Part shown: positions 8,325 to 14,181 of the stretch, in pieces | Layout of the letters: each line of letters opens with the position of its first letter | Numbering within the stretch: the first letter of the stretch is position 1 | NCBI GenBank assembly: GCA_031458695.1 | Contig: JAVKJW010000030.1 | Span: forward strand, 1 to 23,192 | Source: Candidatus Thermofontivivens primus | GTDB lineage: Bacteria > Sysuimicrobiota > Sysuimicrobiia > Sysuimicrobiales > Thermofontiviventaceae | Length of the DNA: 23,192 nucleotides | Direction of reading: 5' to 3' | Notes under the pieces: generated by a model | Seen by the model: the letters and a program-made list of their open reading frames with translations, nothing else | Databases searched by the model: none | Told to the model about the DNA's origin: nothing | Made by a program: the position numbers and the translations under genes

Positions 8325-9329
8325 TTAAGCAATCTTGCTGGGGCTACTACCGCAGGGATCCTCCTGCCCCTCTCGACTCCTCACGCCTTCCTCCAGGACC
8401 TCTAGGAAGGCGTCCACTACACAGGGGTCAAATTGTCTCCCCCGGTTCTGCCGTAGCTCTTCCAAGGCCTCCTCCACCGTGCGCGCTAGCGCGTACGGCC
8501 GATCTGCTGTCATCACTTCAAAGGCCTCTGCGACCGCGACGATCCGGGCATTGAGAGGGATCTGTTCTCCCGCAAGCCTGAAAGGATAGCCACCCCCGTC
8601 GTAGCGCTCGTGGTGGTATAGGACCACTTCCATCACGCCTTTCGGGAAGTGCGCGAGGGAAAGGATCTGCGCCCCAAGGAGGGGGTGTGCTTTGACCTCT
8701 TCGAACTCCTGGGAAGTAAGAGGGCCACGCTTCTCCAGGAGATACTCTTCAAGCTCAATCTTTCCGATGTCGTGGAGCAACGCTCCGATCCTAAGCTCCT
8801 CTAGAACACCGCTTTGGAGGCCGAGGCGCTGGCCAATCTTCACCGCGTGCTCCGCCACACGCCCGGCATGATCGCGCGAAGGATGATCTCTCCGGTCGAT
8901 GGCTCTGGCAAGCACACGGAGCGCACTCCAGTAATTCCGGCGCAGCTCTTTCAGCTGGCGCTTCCGTAACAGGCTCTCCCGAACCGAGGCAAGGAGCTCG
9001 TCAGGGTAGAAGGGCTTGAACAAGATCCCTCCCGCGCCCGCTCGGAAACTCTCGAGCACAACCTCGGGAGTGCCATAGCCTGTCATCACTAGGGTGCTAA
9101 CCTCTGGGAAACCCTCCGAAACTTTTTGCACGAGCTTTAGGCCGTCCCCATCAGGAAGGCTGCGATCGAGGATGATCAGGTCGAGGGGGTTCCGCCTGGC
9201 GACCTCTTCTGCCTCGACTGCGCACGCCGCCTCCCTGACCACGTAGCCCTCCTTCTGCAGCACCCGGTGGATCAGATCACGGATAGCTGGCTCACGATCC
9301 ACTACGAGGACATTCCCTAAGCTCCCCAC
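8325..9329 (-). CDS. Response regulator with HD-GYP domain (RpfG-like c-di-GMP phosphodiesterase family, partly degenerate)
   Basis: N-terminal REC (LDLIILD, MTGYG, FKPF) and C-terminal LLHDIGK, HPLLG, HHERYDGGGYP. GTG start with SD AAAGGAGG. Confidence 0.93.
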   Translation of the reverse strand: MGSLGNVLVVDREPAIRDLIHRVLQKEGYVVREAACAVEAEEVARRNPLDLIILDRSLPDGDGLKLVQKVSEGFPEVSTLVMTGYGTPEVVLESFRAGAGGILFKPFYPDELLASVRESLLRKRQLKELRRNYWSALRVLARAIDRRDHPSRDHAGRVAEHAVKIGQRLGLQSGVLEELRIGALLHDIGKIELEEYLLEKRGPLTSQEFEEVKAHPLLGAQILSLAHFPKGVMEVVLYHHERYDGGGYPFRLAGEQIPLNARIVAVAEAFEVMTADRPYALARTVEEALEELRQNRGRQFDPCVVDAFLEVLEEGVRSREGQEDPCGSSPSKIA

Positions 9330-9447
9330 TAGGCTTTCCTCCTTTAGTACCCCACCAAAACTCCTTTGTCTTTTGCCCGAGCCCCTCAGGAGCTTGAGGT
9401 TTACTCCCTACGGCATCTAAAACCGGGATTTGCCAGAGGTATATTGG

Positions 9448-9463
9448 AGCAAGAACCGTGCCA
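9448..9463 (-). promoter_or_regulatory. sigma54 (-24/-12) promoter for the HD-GYP-cheW(-cheA-cheY-rpoN) unit
   Basis: Minus strand reads TGGCAC-GGTTC-TTGCT, exact consensus and spacing, in an intergenic region. Confidence 0.88.
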
Positions 9464-9543
9464 AACAAAACGATAAAAAGTCCTACATGAGCTCCGTGAT
9501 AGGTCAGGAAAATGAACCGGTGAAAGAAACCAGAGGGGTTCCC

Positions 9544-10902
9544 TTATGCCTGCAGACGTTCCTCCAGGGTAATCCCATACTTGGCCATTCGCTCAAGCAG
9601 GTCCCCTACCTCGACCTGGAGCTTCCTCGCTGCGCTCTCCACATCCCAGTTAACTTCGCTGAGAACCCTCTGGATATGCTTGCGCTCGACGCTCCGCAGG
9701 GAGAGGTCCTCTTCCTCTTGGGGAGGAGCAGGGGGGTCAAGCCAGAGTTCTTCCACGCCGATCGTTGGGCCGTTGGCCAGGATCACGGCGCGCTCAATGC
9801 AGTATTCCAGCTCCCGGACATTGCCAGGCCAATGGTAGGAGCGAAGCCTCCGCATGGCCAGAGGGGAGATGTTCCGAACGTCCTTCCCGAGTTGCTCCCG
9901 GTACTTCTTCAGGAAATACTGAGCTAGGGCGGGGATATCTTCCCGCCGCTCCCGGAGGGGTGGGAGCTCTAGTGGGACGACGGCCAAGCGGTAGTAGAGG
10001 TCCTCGCGGAACCTCCCCTCGCGGATGGCCGCCTTGAGGTCCTTATGTGTCGCAGCAATGATCCGCACATTGACCCGGATCGGACGGCTCCCCCCGACGC
10101 GCTCGATGGTCTTCTCCTGCAAGACCCGGAGGAGTTTTACCTGCATCGCAAGGCTCATGTCCCCGATCTCATCAAGGAAGATCGTTCCTCCCTCTGCCCG
10201 CTCGAACTTCCCCGCCCGCGCAGTGAGGGCGTTGGTGAACGCGCCCTTCTCGTGGCCGAAAAGCTCTGTTTCCAGAAGCGTCTCCGGGATCGCGCCGCAA
10301 TTCATGACCACAAACGGGCCGTTCGCCCTGGGGCTTTGATAGTGGATGGACCTTGCGAGGAGCTCTTTCCCCGTGCCAGTCTCGCCGTAGATCAGGACGG
10401 TGGCGTCGGTGGGAGCAACGGTGGAAGCAATCTTCAAAACCTCCTGCATCCTTGGGGATTTCCCGATAATCCCATCGAACTTGTAGTTGCGAGCAAGCTC
10501 CTCGTGGAGGTAGCGGTTTTCCCTGATCAGGTTGCCACGTTCTAGGGCCCGGTTGACAATCAACATGAGCTGGTCGATCTCAAACGGCTTGGTGACGTAG
10601 TCGTACGCACCCAGCTTCATGGCCTGGATCGCGGTTTCGATCGACCCGTACGCCGTGATCACCACAACAATCGCGTCAGGGTCGCGCTCCATGATCGACC
10701 GCAGAAGGGTGAGCCCGTTGATCTTGGGAAGCTTGAGGTCCAGGAGGATGAGGTCGAATGCCCCCGTACAGGCCAGATCAAGACCGGTTTCTCCATCGCT
10801 CGCGGTCTTCACCAGAAATCCCTCGCGGGTGAAGACCTCCATCATCAAGTCGCGGACATAGGCCTCGTCGTCAATGACCAGGATGCGCCGGTCTCCCACC
10901 AC
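9544..10902 (-). CDS. sigma54-dependent transcriptional activator (NtrC family: REC + AAA+ + divergent HTH)
   Basis: REC (VIDDE, LILLD, ITAYG, TKPF), Walker [24 protein letters not shown], Walker [16 protein letters not shown] and [18 protein letters not shown]. Confidence 0.96.
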   Translation of the reverse strand: MVGDRRILVIDDEAYVRDLMMEVFTREGFLVKTASDGETGLDLACTGAFDLILLDLKLPKINGLTLLRSIMERDPDAIVVVITAYGSIETAIQAMKLGAYDYVTKPFEIDQLMLIVNRALERGNLIRENRYLHEELARNYKFDGIIGKSPRMQEVLKIASTVAPTDATVLIYGETGTGKELLARSIHYQSPRANGPFVVMNCGAIPETLLETELFGHEKGAFTNALTARAGKFERAEGGTIFLDEIGDMSLAMQVKLLRVLQEKTIERVGGSRPIRVNVRIIAATHKDLKAAIREGRFREDLYYRLAVVPLELPPLRERREDIPALAQYFLKKYREQLGKDVRNISPLAMRRLRSYHWPGNVRELEYCIERAVILANGPTIGVEELWLDPPAPPQEEEDLSLRSVERKHIQRVLSEVNWDVESAARKLQVEVGDLLERMAKYGITLEERLQA

Positions 10903-10955
10903 CTACCCTCCTTCACCAGCGAAGTAATTCTCGTGAAGTACTATGTAACCCCCAG

Positions 10956-10975
10956 CAAAAGTCAAAAGACTTTTG
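10956..10975. promoter_or_regulatory. Perfect palindrome (candidate operator) upstream of the sigma54 activator
   Basis: CAAAAGTC-AAAA-GACTTTTG, 8-bp arms, about 55 nt upstream of the start codon. Confidence 0.55.
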
Positions 10976-11130
10976 TCGGGTACTTAGACTCATGGAGCAG
11001 GTCCAACAGTATGCGCTTTCTTGTAAATTTTCGCGATGTGGAAGTGCGGATGGACGCCGCTTCCCTCGCGTGCACCCTGGATGACTCTTTGGCGATGGAG
11101 GATCGATCCGGCGTACATACGTGATAACTT

Positions 11131-11160
11131 ACACTACCACTTGAAAGGATCAACCGTCAA
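11131..11160 (-). promoter_or_regulatory. Candidate sigma70-type promoter for the sigma54 activator
   Basis: Minus strand reads TTGACG-N18-TAGTGT with a TGn extended -10 element. Confidence 0.45.
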
Positions 11161-11194
11161 GACCAGTTGGGAAGCGGTCTACAGGAAATTTCAG

Positions 11195-11210
11195 AGCAAA
11201 TTCAATGCCA
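11195..11210 (-). promoter_or_regulatory. sigma54 (-24/-12) promoter upstream of the sigma54 activator
   Basis: Minus strand reads TGGCAT-TGAAT-TTGCT, correct GG/GC spacing, intergenic. Confidence 0.8.
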
Positions 11211-11245
11211 AAACTTACACAAGACCTTCTCCCATTGTAAGTTTT
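11210..11245. repeat. 10-bp inverted repeat abutting the -24 element
   Basis: AAAACTTACA-N16-TGTAAGTTTT. A third copy of the core AACTTACA(C) lies at 11126-11134. Confidence 0.6.
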
Positions 11246-11271
11246 TGCCCCAAGGCGACTTTCCTTATACC

Positions 11272-11874
11272 TCATCCCTCGGAGTTGGAAGGGGGGTTAC
11301 AAACGGGGCACCCTATTGTGGCCGTGAACCTTCCCTCTGAACTCCCTTGCGGCCAAAGATACAGAAGCAATTCCTCGTTACAGGTCGGGCAGCGCAGTTC
11401 TGTGAGATCCAAATCCTCTGCAAGAGCGCTCGCATCCACTCCAGGAGCGATGCGCAGGCGGTACTGCATTCGCCGCTCGCCGACGGGCGCGCTGGAAAGG
11501 TGCCTGCGAATCGTCCCGATGACGGTGCTGATCGGGGATCTCGTCTTGATCAGGTAATCTACAGCCCCGAGGGAGAGAGCCCGCTGGACTTTCTCCTCGT
11601 GCCCGATGTTGGAGAGGACGATCACGGGGATCTGCTGCGTCCGGGGGGACATGCGCAGGGATTTGAGCACTTCAAACCCGTTCATCCCTGGGAGCAGCAG
11701 GTCCAGCAGGATCACATCAGGGTTCCCCAGAACAGCCTTGTTCAGCCCCTCTTCCCCATCCCGCGCCTGGAGTACCTCGAACCCTTCCTCCTCCAGGGCT
11801 GTGACATAGACTTTGGAGAGAAGCTCGTTATCCTCGATGATCAACACCTTGTGCGGGCCCTGCACAACCCTCAC
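11272..11874 (-). CDS. Response regulator: REC domain plus C-terminal putative zinc-binding (CxxC-x23-CxxC) domain
   Basis: REC motifs IIEDN, VILLDLLLPGMNG, VLSN and DYLIK, followed by about 70 aa containing CPTC and CPVC. GTGA overlap with the kinase stop codon. Confidence 0.9.
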   Translation of the reverse strand: MRVVQGPHKVLIIEDNELLSKVYVTALEEEGFEVLQARDGEEGLNKAVLGNPDVILLDLLLPGMNGFEVLKSLRMSPRTQQIPVIVLSNIGHEEKVQRALSLGAVDYLIKTRSPISTVIGTIRRHLSSAPVGERRMQYRLRIAPGVDASALAEDLDLTELRCPTCNEELLLYLWPQGSSEGRFTATIGCPVCNPPSNSEG

Positions 11875-13019
11875 CCTCCTTCCCGCTTCAATGGTAGCCG
11901 CACCCAGAAGGTTGTCCCAACCCCCTCCTCGCTATGGAACCCTATGCTCCCTCCGAAGGCTTCCACGATGGCCTTCGCAATGTATAGCCCAAACCCTGTT
12001 CCCTCTGCTCCCCACCGGACGGCGTTGGTTGCCCTGAAGAACTTCGTGAAGATGCGATCCTGCTCTTCCCTGGGGATTCCGATTCCTTCATCGACCACAG
12101 TGAGCACCAACTCCTTATCCTCCCGCCGAAGCGAGACGGTAACAGTCCCTCCCCTTGGCGTGTACTTGATGGCATTGCTCAGGAGGTTCCGGACCACCTG
12201 TCGCAGCCTCTCAGGGTCAGCCCAGACCTTTGGGCAGGGCTCACGCGGAATCTCCCACTCCAGCTTTAGCCCCCGCCTCTCGCCGAGGATCCGAAACTCC
12301 CTCTTCAGGTCCTCCAGGAGTTCGGGAAGCGAAACCTCCTGGAAGAGCAGCTCCAAACGTCCCTCTTCAATGCGGGAGGCATCCAGGACATCCTCCACCA
12401 GGCCCACCATACTCAGCGTCCCTTCATATGCCAAGCCGATGAGTTCCCTTTGTTCAGGGGAGAGAGGTCCGTGTGTTTCTTCCAAGAGGAGTTCCAGCCC
12501 CCACCGGAGGGCAGTGAGCGGCGTCCTGAGTTCGTGCGAGGCGACCCCGAGGTAAACCCAGCCATCAGCTGGTGGCTCACTGGACAGCTCCCGGAGGGTG
12601 ATCACGCAGCCCTCCACGTTCCCAGCCTCCTGTTCAAGAAGGCGCACATCCAAGAGAACCCGGATCTCGCGCCCGTCCCGTGTCCGAACGACCGCAAGCT
12701 CCCCATTCCGTTTTCCATTGGTATCAAGTCCCTGGAAGGAATCTACGGGAAGATTGGTCGAGGGACGAGAGAGGTGAGCAACCTCGTCAAATGGGCGACC
12801 ACAGGCTTCCTCTGCGGTGTATCCGAGAAGGTTGCATGCCTTGCGGTTCAGGTAGGCTACGCGCCCCAGGAGGTCCATGACCACGACAGCAAGGCTCAAG
12901 TGATCAAGAACCCTCTCCGGAGGAGGCGTAAAAGGGATATCGTAGGAACGCTGAGCAACGGGAGATGTCCTAGGGGAATGGGTGGGAGACTTGGATTCCT
13001 CCGGATTCCTCAGATTCAT
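11871..13019 (-). CDS. Cytoplasmic PAS-domain sensor histidine kinase
   Basis: PAS (VMDLLGRVAYLNRKACNLLGY), H-box ASHELRTPL, N-box NLLSNAIKY, G1 DEGIGI and G2 GTGFGL. No TM segment is apparent. Confidence 0.95.
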   Translation of the reverse strand: MNLRNPEESKSPTHSPRTSPVAQRSYDIPFTPPPERVLDHLSLAVVVMDLLGRVAYLNRKACNLLGYTAEEACGRPFDEVAHLSRPSTNLPVDSFQGLDTNGKRNGELAVVRTRDGREIRVLLDVRLLEQEAGNVEGCVITLRELSSEPPADGWVYLGVASHELRTPLTALRWGLELLLEETHGPLSPEQRELIGLAYEGTLSMVGLVEDVLDASRIEEGRLELLFQEVSLPELLEDLKREFRILGERRGLKLEWEIPREPCPKVWADPERLRQVVRNLLSNAIKYTPRGGTVTVSLRREDKELVLTVVDEGIGIPREEQDRIFTKFFRATNAVRWGAEGTGFGLYIAKAIVEAFGGSIGFHSEEGVGTTFWVRLPLKREGG

Positions 13020-13313
13020 GGTTCTTCCCCTTCACCCCTTACCTCGATGGGGAGGGCAGCCCCACAGGTTCATCCGGGTGAGGACTCATCTGGCCTCCTT
13101 TCCCGTGACAACCTGCGGGACCTACACGGGGCCCCTTCCGCGCCCCGGCATGGCCACGCCATCCGAGGGGGTATGGACCCTTGCGCCGCCCCGTCGCCGT
13201 AGGCTCACCGTGCCCTTCGCCCTCCCCACATTCTCTGTTGCGTACCAAGCGAGGAGAACCGAGGGATGAGCAGGGTATAAAGCTATCCCCAGTGCTCTTC
13301 GCTCGTTGCTCCC

Positions 13314-13700
13314 CTAGAGCTCCTTGTCCACAAACCGGGGGTGAGGGACTTCCTCCGGAGAGTACCCTCGGATGGCTTGGCCCTCGCTCACCCCTTCCAA
13401 GAGCTTTTGCACTGCGCCGAAGGCCGTCTCCATCTCCTCCATGACTTTGGCGTCTACTGCAATGGCATCCCTGGCAGCTGTCTGTATAACCTCCTGGAGG
13501 TCTGCAGGCAGAGGTCCAGGAGGATTCCCCAAAGCTCCCAGCCGCTCGATCGCCTGTGCACGCGCACGCTGGGCCTTTTCAAGTGCCGCCATGTCCAACT
13601 GGACCAGCGCTTCTCTGCACGCCCAGGTCAGCTTGGTCACTTCCTCCAAAGCCTTCAGGAAAGTATTGACCCACTCTTCAAGGGATTGGTCCATGGCCAT
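13314..13700 (-). CDS. Flagellar export chaperone, FliT/FlgN-like
   Basis: 128-aa, apparently helical protein directly after fliS, ending in a FlgN-like AIRGY...RFVDKEL tail. The position is the one fliT normally occupies. Confidence 0.65.
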   Translation of the reverse strand: MAMDQSLEEWVNTFLKALEEVTKLTWACREALVQLDMAALEKAQRARAQAIERLGALGNPPGPLPADLQEVIQTAARDAIAVDAKVMEEMETAFGAVQKLLEGVSEGQAIRGYSPEEVPHPRFVDKEL

Positions 13701-14100
13701 TTCCGCTTCCGGCTTGCTTTACCAACTGCGCCTCCGCTGTCCTCCACGCATCCCCCAGAGGCCGCAACACTCTGACTGCATCCTCAAGGGGGCGCACGTC
13801 GGACCGTGCCGTCGCCCGTTCCAGCAGGGAGAAGATGTATTGGTAGATCTGCATCAGCGAGTTTGCCAGCTCCTGCTGATGGCGATGATCCAGGGCATCC
13901 ATCAGGGCGAGGAGAATTCGCTCCACGCGCCGGATCCGCTCCTTTCCGGAATCCACCTCATTTCTCTCAAAGGAGACCCTTGCCTCCTCCAAGAACCTGA
14001 GGGCTCCATCGTAGAGCATGACCACAAGGCGGAGGGGACTGGCAGTCTCCGCTTCCGTGGTCTTGTATGTGAGTAATGCAGGATGTTGTGCTGCGGCCAT
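13678..14100 (-). CDS. fliS: Flagellin export chaperone FliS
   Basis: TASPLRLVVMLYDGALRFL, ELANSLMQIYQY and L-x-x-AW motifs. ATG 14100 with SD AAGGAGGAGG; follows fliD. Confidence 0.95.
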   Translation of the reverse strand: MAAAQHPALLTYKTTEAETASPLRLVVMLYDGALRFLEEARVSFERNEVDSGKERIRRVERILLALMDALDHRHQQELANSLMQIYQYIFSLLERATARSDVRPLEDAVRVLRPLGDAWRTAEAQLVKQAGSGNGHGPIP

Positions 14101-14181
14101 GTTCCTCCTCCTTCGTTTGCCCACCCCAACAATTCGATTTCCGAACGTTGAGGCCGGTCTTATGTGGAAAATTTCCCCCGC

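Noticed and set aside
9503..9516. GTCAGGAAAATGAA (and GTCAAAGAATTGCC at 7750-7763), resembling FleQ-type boxes
   Set aside because: Several mismatches, inconsistent positions relative to the promoters, and no equivalent upstream of flgB.
13039..13248. 69-aa minus-strand ORF in the gap before the kinase
   Set aside because: TTG start without an SD and low-complexity Gly/Arg/Pro composition. Only its last 16 codons have a credible initiation signal, reported separately.
13100..13310. Possible c-di-GMP or other riboswitch in the GC-rich gap upstream of the kinase
   Set aside because: I recognise no conserved riboswitch core, and pairing potential is expected at this GC content. An Rfam scan would be needed.
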